DNA of 64,000 bases from Centroscyllium fabricii (lineage: Eukaryota), in assembly GCA_051313645.2 (NCBI GenBank), contig JBNRSN020000008.1:205716001-205780000 (forward strand), given 5' to 3'. Below the pieces are notes generated by a model. That model ran no database searches, was not told where the DNA came from, and worked only from the letters and a program-made list of their open reading frames with translations. Each line of letters begins with the position of its first letter. Position 1 is the first letter of the stretch. The position numbers were made by a program, and so were the translations under genes. This document shows, in pieces, positions 1-15,000 of this stretch.

Positions 1-2
1 AC

Positions 3-86
3 CTTCGATCCTACGCTTCCAGTATACAGATTATTCAGTCTGGTTCCGTCAGGGCCAATGATGTAGCCAGGCTCTCCCTTATCGCC
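3..86 (-). CDS. COL18A1: COL18A1 exon (84 nt) [28 protein letters not shown]
   Basis: ccttttcAG acceptor; GT donor at positions 1-2; matches human GEKGEPGSIFSPDG. Confidence 0.88.
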
Positions 87-3000
87 CTGAAAAGGCAGGA
101 AAACACTTTTTGTTCGGGTGCTGCTGACAATTAGAATGAAAGTATCTTAGAAATTCCGCCACAGTCAAACACACAGAAAATCGAATATTGAGACCTGAGG
201 AGGAACTGTTGCAAATCAGCAGCTCAGCACAACCTGAGCTTCAGTAAATGGCCACTTAAATTTTAAGTTGTGGATGCTAATGGAATAGTAGTCTTTGGGT
301 ACTGTTGGAACCAGGATAGGCCACTCAGCCCATCCAGAGGAAGCCCGGCTCTTTAAGTTCCCCATCAACATTGCAGGAGAACTTATTTACTTATTATTTT
401 TGCCTACCTCCCCTCCAAAGGCAGTGACTCAGGCTGAGCTATGGTTACACAGCATTTGATTGGTTCTGCAGTTCCTCATCTGAGTTGGAGTCGAGTGCCA
501 ACCATTCAACCATCACAGCATAATAACTGATCCCAAACCTGTCCCTGCAAACCACCCAAACCCGTAACTTCCACCACGTAGAAGGACAAAACCAACAGGC
601 GCATGGGACCACCACCACCTCCAAGTTCACCTCCAAGTCACACACCATCCTAACTTGGAATATAACACCATTCCTTCATCGTCGCTGGGTCAAAGTCCTG
701 GAACTTCCTCCCTAACAGCACTGTGGGAGTACCTTCACTACACGGACTGCGGCGGTTCAAGAAGGCGGCTCACCACCACCTTCTCAAGGGAAACTAGGGA
801 TGGGCAATAATTGCTGGCCTTGCCAGCGATGCCCATATCCCAAGAACGAATGAAAAAGAAACTTTCCAGCTATGCTCACTGTTCAGTAATAAGCAGTAAA
901 CTCTGGCTTAATTTCTCCCCTCTCTTAGCTGGTGAGTCTGTGTAGCATAGCCACTAGGGGGAGACACTCTGGTCTCCCCAGGATGGTAAAATCCCCATTC
1001 CAGAGTTGGTCCCGCCCCTGTTTCCCCATTGGGCGGTTGGATCAACAGTCCCGGTTCCTGATTGGTTCTGCGGGCTGCCAGTCAAAAGTCCCATGATGCT
1101 TTGTGGTTTCGCGCCTTTTGTCAGTCAGTCGTTTTTGGATTCGAACTAATAAAGACCTGTTAAAGTTTGCTCCGCTATCTTTCGACGCTTTATTGAATTT
1201 AAAGAGTGGGGAACGGCCATTCCCTACATCTGACTCACAGCCAAGTAGATTGAGATCAACTAACTCAGCATAGGCTAGGGAGCTGCAGAGTTCAGGCCCA
1301 TATGAAGGGTTTTCACAGAGTAAATAAGGAGAAACTGTTTCCACATGGCAGGAGGGTCAGTAATCAGAGGGCACAAATTTAGGATGATTGGCAAAAGAAC
1401 AAGTGGGGGGATGAGGAGACATTTTAATTACGCAGTGAGTTGTTATGATCTGGCATGCAATGCCTGAGGGGCTGCTGGTAGCAGTTTCAATAGTAACTTT
1501 CAAAAGGGAATTGGATAACTATTTGAAATGGATGGCAGCTGAATGGTGGTGGTTGTATATGGAATTCCCTCCCTAAACCTCTCTGCCTCACTTTCCCCCT
1601 TTAAGACGCTCCTTAAAACCTACCACTTTCACTGAGCTTTTGGTCACCTGCCATAATATCTCCTTCTGTGGCTCGGTGTCAAATTGTTTTTGATTACGCT
1701 CCTGTGCAGTGCCTTGGGGCATTTTACTACATTAAAGGGGCTATATAAATGCAAGTTGTTGTTGTTGCTGAAGCACCTACCTTCAGTCCGACTGGTCCCT
1801 CGGATCCAGCAAATCCGTGTTCACCTTTCGGTCCTCTGGGACCCTAAAGGAGCGGAAAGAACGCAATCAAAATGTTTAATCTAGGAGGAACCACAAGACT
1901 GAAGTATCAAATTATTGAGTGCGAGAATTATTTTAGTGAAGCAAGATTCTCATTTGATTACTTACATCAAATCTTTTGAAGAGAAATAACCGATGGAAAT
2001 AATTTAAAGGACATACCACTGTTACAGTACTCAATTCAATATTGGCAGGTAAACTATCTAAGACAGTCAGCAGTGTAATTTCTACTTCAATGGATTGCTG
2101 GACAGCACTGAAGCTCTATCACCAGATGCCACATAGTAATAGGATGCTGGTTTGTATCTGTAGTTGTCAGTCGTGGCTCAGTGGGCAGCACTCTTGCCTC
2201 TGAGTCAGAAGGTTGTGGGTTCAGGGACTTGAGGAGAAAATCAAGGCTGACACTCCAGTGCAGTGCTGAGGGAGTGCTGCACTGTCGGAGGTGCCATCTT
2301 TCGGATGAGACATTAAACCGGTAAAGGTCTACCTCTCAAGTGGACATAATAGATCCCAGGGTACTATTTTGAAGAAGAGCGGGGGACTTGTCCCCGGTGT
2401 CCTGGGCAATATTTATATCTCAACCACCGCCATCACTAAAAACAGGTTATCTGGTCATTATCACATTGCTGGTTGCAGGAGCTTGTTGTGTGCAAATTGG
2501 CTGCCGTTTTTTCATACATTACAACAGTGACTACATTTTTAAAAAGTACTTAATTGACTGTGAAGTGCTTTTGGACATCCTGGGCATGTGAAAGGCGCTA
2601 TATAAAAGCAAGATCATTCTTTTGCAGTTCCCCAATTTCAGCCGTCCTATCACTGGGAGGTCCCAAGCAAAGACCAACTGTTTGTCTATAGCAATGGAGG
2701 AAAACTTAACTCCAGGCTCCTCCTCCCCTTCATCTCCTGCTGGCCAGGATACAAAGCAGAAGACCTGGAAGAAGGTCTCCCATCTGCTGTCTCAGCCATG
2801 GGTGGCATAGCTGAGAAATTGAACACCTTGTCATTAAATGACGATCGATAAACACACTAAGAATCCACTCTCTTGGTTGGAAGTGTCCTGCTCTTGGCCA
2901 ATACCCACTCCAATATGGTAGAGGTGAACCGACAGTGCAATCCAAATGAAGACATTTATCACATATTCCTTTAAACCGATTTCATGGCATTCTACATGGC

Positions 3001-6000
3001 TTATAAAACTCGATCGCTGTTATTTTTGTGCTTAGGATGACAGGCTTCAGTTATGTGGAGAGATTAGAGAAGATAGGATTGTTCACAGAGCAGAGGAGGT
3101 TAAGGAGAGATTTGATAGAGGTGTTCAAATATTGAGGGTTTTTTGAAACAGTACATAGGGAGAAACTGTTTCCACTGGCAGGAGGGTCGGTAACCAGAGG
3201 ACACAGAATTAAGGTAATTGGCAAAAGAACCAGAGGTGGGAATAGGAGAATATTTTTTACACAGCGAACTATTATGATCTGGAATGTGCTGCCTGAAAGG
3301 GCGGTGGAAGCAGATTTAATAGTAACTTTCAAAAGGGAATTAGATATATGCTTGGAAAGGAAAATATTGCAGGGCCATGAGTAAAGAGCAGGTAGTGGAC
3401 TAACTGGATAGCTCTTTCAACGAGCCGGATGGCCTTCTTCGGTGGTATATGATGTCCATCCTGGGCAGCACTGCACACTTCCCCACTTTAAGCAGCACTG
3501 GCCACTCCCAGGTTTGGCAGGGCAAGGCCAGGTGCAGGAGTGTAACTTAATTAGTCGACCCGCCCAATCACGTGCTTTGCCCGAAGGCACAGGAGAGCTC
3601 CCTTCGCAGCACCGGGGAGAGCTTGTGGCCAGAGTAAGACTGCCCATTGTGTGCCAATTTGTGGGCAGTTTTTGCACTGTGAGGGACAGCATGGAAGGTA
3701 CTGAACACTCGGAGCCCACGATGAGCAACTCATTGGCCTGGCTGGATGTGACCCTGGTTCCTAAGCAGCGATGTGCCAATCCATCGCAGCGTCCAGTCCT
3801 CCACTATGATTTTGCACAGTCACATTTGAGACCTTTAGCTTGTGCCCACTGTACAATTTGCACTTAAGTCACCATAAACACACACACACGAAACACTATT
3901 AGTCTTCTCTTACTGGGAATCCAGCTTGGCCAGGAATGCCCCTTGAATGCTGAAAGGGAGAAATAAATTTGTTACCTTAAGAAGCTAAGTATAAAAGCAT
4001 GCGCTATAGCAACTCGCCAAGACTTGTTCGACAGCACCTTCCAAACCCGCCACCTCTACCAGCACCTCCAAGTTCACTTCTAAGTCACACACCATCCTGA
4101 CTTGGACTTATATAGCCGTTCCCTCATCGTTGCTGGGTCAAATTCCTGGAACTCCCTACCTAACAGCACTGTGGGTGCAGTGTCACCACACGGACTGCAA
4201 TGGTTCAAGAAGGCTCACCTCCACATACTCGAGGGCAATTAGGCATGGGCAATAAATGCTGGCCTTACCAGTGACGTGCACATCCAGAAAATGAATTAAA
4301 TAAAACAATATAAGCTACTCAGAATGGAGTTTTTTGGGGGGGGTTTTATTCGTCGATAGGATGTGGGCGTCGCGGGCTGGCTAGGCCTGCATTTAGTGCC
4401 CATCCCTAATTGCCCTTGAGAAGATGGTGCTGAGCTGCCTTCTTGAACAGCTGCAGTCCATATGGTGTAGGTACACCCACAATGTTGCGTAGTGGTTGTT
4501 TACAACTGAGTGGCTTGTAGGCCATTTCAGAGGGCATTAAGAGTCAACCACATTGCTGTGGGTCTGGAGTCACATGTAGGCCAGACCAGGTAAGGATGGC
4601 AGATTTCCTTCCCTAAAGGACATTAGTGAACCAGATGGGTTTTTGCAACAATCGACAATGGTATCATGGTCGCCATTACTAAGACTAATATTTAATTCCA
4701 GAATTAAATTGAATTGAATTTAAATTCCACCAGCTGCCATGGTGGGATTTGAACCCATATCCTCAGAGCATTTGACTGAGCCTCTGGCTTACTAGTCTAG
4801 TGACATAACCACTACGCCACCGCCTCCCCGCGTGGAGTGGTTTTTACGTTGGGGTTCTGCTATAAACAACTGTTTCGGAAGTGTCCAGTCATGATGCTCT
4901 GGCAATCAAAGTGTTGGGGAAGCTTGATGGACCTGCTGGTCTTTTACTGTCCATTAATTTCGACCACTTAATAGATAAAGGAATGCTCCCTACCTCTTCA
5001 CCAGGCACAAATGCAAGGCCATCGGCAGTCTGAAGAAAGATAGAATTAATAATTAAATTACATTAAATATTCATTTAAATTTTAATTTCAACACAATGAA
5101 AGGTTTTCCCTATTTTGCCCTGACAAGGCTCTTCTATCTGTGCCTCAGAGGAGTGCCCACCTTTGTTGACTGGCGCCATCGTTACCTCCTTGCAGGGTCG
5201 CCTCTTGTAATCTCTCCGAGCCCGCGGAAATCTGGCACCTGCGTTGCTAAATTGTGCCGGTTTCAAAGCAGACCCATTTCCATTTATGACTGGACTCTAC
5301 AGTCTCCCACTCCTTCCCTGCCTGGCATTCTTCTTCCCTTCCTTCCCCGCCCCATCCCCAAACTAAATACGGAGCACACCATCCCCCAGTGACCAACTCT
5401 ACCTGAATTCTCGCTGAACTTGCACGGAGATAGAGTGGTTGGGAAATTGCTGCTGTTAGCAGTACCAGAAGCTGGTACAAAATCAAAACAATGCGAGTTA
5501 AATGGAGGAGCATTATAATCAGTCACTGAACAATTTTGGTGAAGATTTATGGGCTTGGAATCACTCTGATCGTTCTTGATTCCATGGCTATTTCACCTGA
5601 CTGTCCACAGCATTCATATTTCACCATGATGCCGGCCGTGGCTCAGTGGGTAGCACTCTAGCCGTTGAGTCCGAAGGTTGTGGGTTCAAGTCCCATTCCA
5701 GAGACTTCAAGATATAATCCAGGCTGACACTTCCAGTGCAGTACTGAAGGAGTGCGGCACTGTCGGAGGTGCTGTCTTTCGAATGAGATATTTAACCGAG
5801 GCCCCGTCTGCCTTCACAAGTGGACGTAAAAGATCCCATGGCACTATTTCGAAGAAGAGCAGGGGAGTTCTCCCCAGTGTCCTGGCCAATATTTATCCCT
5901 CAACCAACATCATTAGGATGGTCTGGTCATAATCGCATTGCTGATTGTGGGAGCTTGCTGTGCAAAAATTGGCTGCTGTTTCCTACATTACAACAGTGCC

Positions 6001-9000
6001 TACACTTCAAAATGACTTCATTGGCTGTAAAGCGCCTTGGGACATCCTGAGGTCGTGAAAGGTGCTGTATAAATGCAAGTTCTTTATTTCCTTCATGTCA
6101 AAATCAGAAACACTAAGCTGGTTGCTGTTCCCAAATTAATTTTAAGGTCTTACCTAGAACTAGATCCAAATGAACCCAGTTTCAACACCTCTAGTGTTAT
6201 GCCAAACAAGAACAATGGTAAGGGGCGTCGGCAGTGGAGGCACCTGCCTTCAGGAACATAATCAGGAGTCTGTCTGCCAATAGAAGACCCCACTGTACTG
6301 ATCCCGAAGAATAGGGGATGGGCCTGGAGTCTTTGTTTCTGCTTCTTCATGAAAACCCGGCCTCAACAGGCTTTGGAATTGGGCCACATTGAGATAAGGA
6401 ACAGAGGAACAGGAGGAGGCCATTCAGCCCCTTGAGCTTGCTCCGCCATTCAATGAGATCATGGCTAACCTGTATCGTAACTCCACCTACCTGCCTTGGT
6501 TCCATAAGCCTTAATAGTCTTACCCAACAAAAATCTGTCAAACCCAGTTTTGAAATTTTCAATTGACCTCCAGCAACGACAGCTTTTTGAGGGAGAGAGT
6601 TCCAGATTTCCACTACCCTTTGCGTGAAGAAATATTTCCTGACATCACCCCTGAACGGCCTGGCTCTAATTTAAGGTTCTGCCCCCTTGTTCTGGACTCC
6701 CCCCACCAGAGGAAATAGTTTCTCTCGATCTACCCTATCAAACCCTTTAATCATCTTAAACACCTCAATTAGATCTTGTATACTCAAAGGAATACAAACC
6801 TAGCCTATGCACCCTGTCCTCACAATTTAACCCTTTTAGTTCTCATAATTTAACCCCTTTAGTGAGACCACACCTGGAGCATTGCATTGGAGGCAGTTCA
6901 GAGAAGGTTCACGAGGTGGATTCTGGCGACGAAGGGGTTGGCTTATGAAGAAAGGTTGAGCAGGTTGGGCCTATAGTCATTGGAGTTCAGAAGAATGAGA
7001 GGGGATCTTATTGAACCATATAAGATTCTGAAGGGGCTTGACAGGGTAGATCAGAGAAGATGTTTCCCCTCGTGGGGGAATCTAGAACTAGGGGGCATAA
7101 TTTCAGAATAAGGGAGCACCCATTTAAAACGGAAACAAGGAGGAATTTCTTCTCTCAGAGGGTCGTGAATCTTTGGAATTCTCTTCCCCAGAGAGCTGTG
7201 GAGGCTGGGGCATTGGATATATTTAAGGTAGAGATGGACAGATTTTTGAAAGGTAAGGGAGTCCAGGGTTATGGGGAGCGGGCAGGGAAGTGGAGCTGAG
7301 GCCAAGATCAGATCAGCCATGATCTTACTGAATGGCGGAGCAGGCTTGAGGGGCTAAATGACCAACTCCTGCTCCTACGTCTTATGTTCTTCGGGTATCC
7401 TTATGGTGAATCTGCACTGCAACCCATCCAAGATCATTATATCCTTTCTGAGATGTGGGGCCCAGAACTGAATTGCAAATATGTTCTAACCAGAGCTTTA
7501 TACAACTGTAGCATAATTCCACCTCTTTGTATTTCAGCATCAGGTTGTGCAATGTGACAACTGACTCTTGTCAAACCTCTTCAAGTTAGTACATGTGATA
7601 TAGTCTTGGGTTTGTGATAAAATGAACTGATGTGCTTACGTTGCCACCACCGTATATGAATCCAGGAGGGCCAGGTGGGCCTGGCAATCCAACACCATCT
7701 CTGCCCGGCTCCCCCTGAAAAGGAAAATAGCCAAAAACACATTCAGAGTTCAACACTTGTATCTTTGCTCAATGAATTCAGGCTGAATATAATAAGCAAC
7801 TCTTTACAAAATAATGGACCAGACAGCATCAGGGACAGATCTTTATTCTCCCAAGTTATGAGAGATCAGGCTAGAAATGACCCCCAATGCTCGTAGCCAG
7901 CTGACATTACCAAAGGGTCAGAGGAGCTCAAATTTGGACCAGCTATCAACAAGACCCAAATAAAGGCCAGTGCAGTATTGCTGCCCGACCACTAAATGTC
8001 ATTCTATCTGGTCAATACCATCATATTGGGCAAGACATGCTGGTAGGGTTGGCAAACTTCCAGGATCGCCCTGAAGTCTCCGGGATTTAAAGATTAATCT
8101 CCTGGACTATGCTGTGAGCAACCCGGGAGAAAAGTCATAGGGGTATTAAAAAAATGTTTTGTTTTTTAAACTTTCTTTGACCACTTTTGTTTATTGGTTA
8201 CAAAAATATTGGAGATGGAAAAAAGGCTGTTTGACCGGGCGAGGCGGTTGGAGGCGGGAGGTCATGTGATGAAGCCTCCGGGCTGGCCACCCTACAAGGA
8301 GGAGACCATCACCAACACAGCAACTTAGTTCTTCACTTCACATCGTAGGCTCCTGAAACCTAGTCATGGGAAATTGAATAGATTCCTAGCTTGAACCATT
8401 GGTATTAACCAGTGGGAGGAGTCCACGGTTCCTGTACTGGAAATAGGAAATGCCGCGAGTGCGTTCTGTTTGCTCACTTCAAACAGGATGAAAGGTTTAT
8501 TTGTCAGATCCAGGACTGAGGTGCCCACACAACTCTGGGATGGTACAGTGTACTGGGAGTTTGACTTTTGGGTTAGGGAGAGTACGGCACAGGCCGACAC
8601 CATGCCTGGGGTTGTTCTCCTCAGAGCAGAGATTTAGTAGAGGTGTTCAAAAATGATGAGAGGTTTTGATAAGAGTATAAAAGGAGAAACTGTTTCTACT
8701 GGCAGAAGGTTAATAACCAGAGGACACAGATTTAAGGTAAATGGCAAAAGAACCAGAGTGGAAATGAGGAGAATTTTTTTTTTTTACACAGCGAGTTATG
8801 ATGATCTGGAATGCACTGTCTGAAAGGATGATGGAAGCAGATTCAATAGTAACTTTCAAAAGGGAATTGGATATATACTTGAAAAGGAAAAAAATTGCAG
8901 GGTAATGGGGAAAGGGCAGTGGTGGGACTAATTGGATAGCTCTTTCAAAGAGCTAGCACAGGCACGATGGGCCGAATGGCCTCCTTCTGTGCTGTAAGAT

Positions 9001-12000
9001 TCTAAGATTCCAAAAAGGCCTCCTCTGCAGTGTATGATTTTATTATGCCTCGCTGCAATGTGTGGTACCAGGTTCTGGGGAGGCTTCAAGCAGAAGACAG
9101 CCACTTCCCCACATGAAGGGACAGAGTGCCACACACCTAAACCCCAGCTATAGAGTGACACTGAGAGAGGTGAGGAAGCAGGTCATCTTCCCATCCCATC
9201 TACCATCTCTTCAATGTTAGAGCTTCCTAATAAAGTAGCAAGGTACAGCACCAACTTCTCAGTGTGACACACCAGATTCATGGAATATCTGGATTAACCC
9301 AGGATAAATGTCAAAGGATGGCCCATCTTTGTATATAACAAGTTTATTATTATAAACAATAATTGTGATTATTGTAATCTACCTCCTCAGATGCGAACGC
9401 ACAATAAATTCGTTGACTTTTCTATGTGGTAGGCTAAAGATTTGCGCCTTTTGGTCTACCATGTAGTGCAACTTTGTCCTGGTTTATACTTAAATTTAAA
9501 TAAATGACTAACCAATTTTTTCTAATGCACAGCACAAGCCACATCGTTATAAAATAGCTGCTCGGGTTTATGAGGCAGGAAGGAGCTCTCAATGATGTTC
9601 ACTCCAAATTGCCCCGATTACAATAGAGCTCCTTCTAATGGTGGGAAAGTAGTAACTGCAGGAAGATCTGCTCTTCTTCAGGACTTAAATAAACCCTCCA
9701 GAACAGCCACTTACTTTCACTCGAGAGGAAATGGAGACTTCCCGCAATTACATTGTTTTGTTCGGTTGCAATGCAGGTAATAGAACATGGGCGGGGGGGG
9801 GATTTTCCTCAGTCCGTGAGGGTGGCGATCCGGCGGGGCGGGGCGGGGCCTAAAATCGCGGAACCGGGGGGGGTGTCCCGCCGTCCCGAAACTTTCCCGC
9901 CCGCCACCGGCGGGGATGCTCGTTAAAGTAATTGAGGGCCCTTAATTGGTCTGCATAATGCCATTTTAAGGGCCCTCACCTATTTTCCACCCAAACCCCG
10001 CCATCCTGAAACCCCGCTGGTGAAACCCAGCGGGAGCACAGTGGCCTTGATCACTTTCTCGTTCAAGCTATTGAAGGACCTACTTTCCAGGCCTTCAATA
10101 CCCTGGAGGTGTAAGTGACTCCCTTGGGTGAAGACCAGCTGTGAGAAAAAAACGTAAACATTTTACCTTGACAGCTCCATTGACAGACGCTCCCTAGCTG
10201 TCAAAGATTTGCAGCCCGCCCGTCCACCTGTCACTCAGAGCACTTGGCCTTTCCGATTGGTTGCACGCCACTGTGATGTCACAGTGGAGTGTTTCATGGG
10301 AACTATCAAAAAACAGTCCCTGGAACTGTCTGTCAAGCTGCTCGATCCCCGCTGGAGCTCCCTGATTGCCGACTCGATTGAGGCAATTACCAGGGGCTCC
10401 CCGCACGCGGGGATTTAATTGATTAATTTAAGGAAAATTGAGTCGGGTTTCCTGGTCCTTGGGCGGGCGGGACAGAAACCCGGCCCAACCAATCCCCGCC
10501 AGCTTCCCGCACCTCCGGGAAAATCCCCCCCATGGTGTCAGTTGTGGCTCAGTGGGTAGCACTCTCCCCTCTGAATCAGAAGGTGGTGGGTTCAAGTCCC
10601 ACTCCAGACACTTCAGCACAATATCCAGGCTGACACTCCCAGTGCAGTGCTGAGGGAGTACTGCACTGTCAGAGGTGCTGTCTTTTGAAAGAGATATTAA
10701 ACTGAGGCCCCACCTACCCTCTCAGGTGAACTATTTCAAAGAAGAGCAAGGGAGTTATCCCCGGTGTCCTGGTCAATATTTATCCCTCAATCAACATCAC
10801 CAAAAATGGATTATCTGGTCTTTACCTCATTGTTGTTTGTGGGAGCTTCCTGTGCACAAACTGACTACCGTGTTTCCAACATTACAACAGTGACTACATT
10901 GGCTGCAAAGTGCTTTAGGGCCTCCTGAGGTTGTGGAAGGCGCTATATAAATGCAAGTCTTTCTTTCTTTACATATTTAAATCCCTGAACGCAGTGCTAG
11001 TCGGATGACATTGTCCCTTTCAACTCCCTGCATTGCACATTACAGCTGTGACGGACATCCCAATATCCTTACCTTCATGCCTGGATCTCCATGGGCACCA
11101 TTTGGACCCTAAGAGAGAAAACATGTGGGTTAGAATAGATTAAAAGACACATCTACACCTCAGATAACTCACATCAGTGACCCTTGTGTCAGCCGTGGCT
11201 CAGTGGCAACACCCTTGCCTCTGAATCAGAAGGTTGTGGGTTCAAGTCCCACACCAGAGACTTGAGCCCAATATCTAGGCTGACACTCCAATACAGCACT
11301 GAGGGAATGTTGCACTGTTGGAGGTGCCGTCTTTTGGATGAGACGTTTGACCGAGACCCTATCTGCGCTCTCAGGTGGACGTAAAAGATCCCATGGCCAC
11401 TATTTCAAAGAAGAGCAGGGGAATTCTCCCCGGTGTCCTGGCCAATATTTATCCCTCAACCAACATCACTAAAACAGACTACCTGGTCCTCATCACATTG
11501 CTGTTTGTGGGACCTTGCTGTGCGCAAATTGGCTGCCACGTTTTCTACATTACAACAGTGACTACACTTCAAAAGTACTTCATCATCCTGAGGTTGTGAA
11601 AAGCGCTACACTGACTATTTCTTAATCTGTGCTGTTGCCTGACAGAGTTGCAGCCAATTACCTAAATGAAAAGGACTTTTTTTTTTTTTTTAAAAGCACC
11701 TTGAATTAAAACCCCAACTTGGACTAACCAGGTCTAACAGTTAGGATTACTAAATGGCCACCAACCATCACCAGGGGTTTAAAACCTGACCACCAGGACA
11801 TACCCTACAAGCCTGCTCATCAGATACCTCTCCTCTTGATCAAGGTACAGTGAATTGCACTTTTCCTTTGCTGTCTCACGATACCTCAAAAAAAAGTGTG
11901 ATTAAGACCTGATACCCAACCCCCACAGCAAAAATACAACCTACCCTCCAGCCTTAAACACTGCAACGCACCATCAATTCCATATAAAAACACAAAATTG

Positions 12001-15000
12001 CTGGAAACATTCAGCAGTTCAACCCTACCTTCCCTTCTCCACAGATGCTGCCTGACCCGCTGAATATTTTATTGTTCATTCTCGGGATGTGAGAGTCACT
12101 GGCAAGGCTGGCGTTTATTGGCCATCCCTCGTGCCCTGAACTGAGTGGCTTGCTGGGCCACATCCAGAGGGCACTTAAGTCTCAATCACTTTGGTGTGGG
12201 ACTGGAGTCACATATAGGCCAGACCGGGTAAGGACGGCAGATGTCCTTGCCTGAAGGACATTAGTGAACCAGGTGGGTTTTTGACAACAATCCAACGGCT
12301 TCACGGTCACTTTTACTGAAATCAGCTTTTTTATTCTAAATGTTTTTTTAAACTGAATTCAAATTCTCAAGATGCAATGGTGGGATTATTAGTCCAGGCC
12401 TCTGGACTTTAGTCCAGTAATATAAACCATGACACTACCATACCCCAAATGCGAATGTTACCCCCATTTTCTGATTTTGATTTATGATTTCCAGCATTCG
12501 CAATATTTGCCTTTTGAACAATTCCATGTACTTTGCCACATTCTGCCCACTGGTCTCTCTTTTACCTGAGCCTCTGAGGAGCAATCAATTCGTTACCCGT
12601 CACTTGCTTATTCTCTAGAGGTCCAATCACCAATTCCGAGCAGAGGCGTCAACCTTTCCACCAAGGAGACCAAGAGATCCCCCAGACCAGTCTTAGCTAT
12701 TCGTGGTGCAGAAAACTCCTTGCTGATTGGAAGATTCAAACTCGACATTGCCCCCCACCCCACCCCCCACACCCCCAAAACCACCGGACCGGGCGAGGAG
12801 TAATAGTACACCTTGTGGTGTTGTCAGCAAGCTCACAAAACGCCACACTTTAGGAAGGATGTCAAGGTCTCGGAGAGGGTGCGGAGCACATTTAATAAAA
12901 TGGTACCAAAGATGAGGGACTTCAGTTATGTAGAGAATCTAGAGAAGCTGGAATTGTTCTCCTTAGAGCAGAGATGGTTAAGAGATTTGATAGAGATATT
13001 CAAAATTATGATGGGTTTTGATAGAGTAGGTAATCAGAGGACACAGATTTAAGATAATTGACAAAAAAAAGGGGCGGGGGGGAGATAAGGAGAATTTTTT
13101 TTTTACTCAGTGAGTTATGATGATCTGGAATGCGCTGCCTGAAAGGGGGTGGAAGCACATTCAACAGTAACTTTCAAAAGGGAATTGAATATATCCTTGA
13201 AAAGGAAATATTTGCAGGGCTATGGGGAAAGAGCGGGGGCGTGGAACTAATTGGAGAGCTCTTTCAAAGAGCCGGCACAGGCACAATGGCCTCCTTCTGT
13301 GCTGTATGATTCTACATTCAAATATTGGGCCAAAAATCCCGATGAGCGTGGGAGGTTTTGGAGCCGGGTATTCGCGCATCCGAGCTCCGAATTGCAGGGA
13401 GCAGCCGTTTCCAGCTGCTACCTGCAATTCCAAAGGCGTCCAGCGGGGGATTGCGAGCTGGATCGCGTTCGCCTGCGCACCAGGAGGTGCGCAGTGCACT
13501 TCCGATTTTTTTCCGAGTTTTATATCGTGGTAAGTATTGAAGATTTTACACTTAAAAATATCAGCCGTAACCACCCGTTTTTAGCAGGTAATTCTTTATT
13601 TTATTCAATTTAAGTATTGTTTTAACAGGTTTTTAATTTTTTAAACTTTAAAGACAGGTAAGTATTCTTTTAGGCCAGTTAAAAACTTTAATTGTTTTTC
13701 TAAATTTTTATTTTTTCTTTAAAATAGGTCATTTATGTTAGTTAGAGTATTGTTAAAAAATGTGGTGTTTTTTAAATTTTATTTTTGTGTTTAGATGTGT
13801 TTTTGAAGCTCTTCCTTTTCATAACTTACACAGATTTCTCCGCGTAAGTTATGAATGGAGGATTGCCTCCATTGATTGGTTCCCTGCGGATCACGTGGTC
13901 CCGTGCGATATCTCCCACTAACTGTGACGTTCAGTTGCACCAGCAGGGCACTTAGAGCTTTCAGCAGCTGCACAACTCAGGATTTTACATCCCATAATTG
14001 CAAAACGGCAGAAGTGCAGGGTAAGTGTACCTTGGAGCCTTGCACTCACATGAAGGCTCCAAGGCTAATTTCTGGGCCAATAAGATTTAGAGGATGTGGT
14101 TTCTCGTTGGCTTAGTGGTTTCATACAAACTCAAGCAGTACAGGAATGCACAGGTTAGCCACCTGCAATTTAGACCATTGGTTTTTCTGGAAGTAATAAA
14201 TCTGACCATAAAGCTTATGCCTCATTCAGTTTTAGTATAGCCTGATTGGTGTCCAGAATCGTAACTACATCTCCACACAAAAATGAGAGAAACCACAGCA
14301 ACCATTTCCCAAAACCTGTGTGAGGTCAGCATCCTAGCTCGGAACCCTTAAAGAATTATTTTTTAACTTCTTCCACAGCATTTGCATCATTCGTGTTTCA
14401 ACAGCTGGAACACATTACATCAACAGCTGGAACAAGTTGTCAAAGGAAGGATGGTTGAGGCCAGGACACTGCCAAGATGCTGTAACAGGAAGACGGTAGG
14501 GCTGGTATCCTGGTCGAGTGGGCCAAAAGGCCTTCTTTGTCCAAAGTCTATTTTGTGATCTTGTCAACATCCGAACTCTGTAAAGTGAGTCAGGAAGTTA
14601 TTAAAGGGGCCTCGTCGTCACCAAAAGGATTGGGCAAATGTTTTATTGGGAGGTGAATCGTAGAAGAGCTGTGCAACACTTTTCACCCTAATATTCTATC
14701 CAAATGATGTGATGTTGACACTAATTTTGCCACCCTGTTGTCATGTTTGTGAATAAAAATGGTTCACCAAACACTTCTTCATGAAAATGATGCTCGCATT
14801 AAATGCATAGAAAATGAGTAACACAAGAGAGGAGACAATGGTAGGTCTAACAAGAGCTACTACTTTGGCTTGAACTCCGTTTATCCCACATTGCATGCTT
14901 TAGGTGTCAGCAGGTTGTGAGTTAAAGTCCTACTGAAGAGACTTGAGCAGAAAATCTAGGTTGGGAGTTCAAGTCCCACTCCAGAGTCAAGGTCAAAATC

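Noticed and set aside
5631-5705. tRNA gene
   Set aside because: tRNA-derived SINE head continuing into the Deu domain; the same holds for the other copies
6154-6190. Candidate extra exon with a GTAAG donor
   Set aside because: The nearest acceptors give 35 or 37 nt, breaking the phase-0 frame, and there is no collagen similarity
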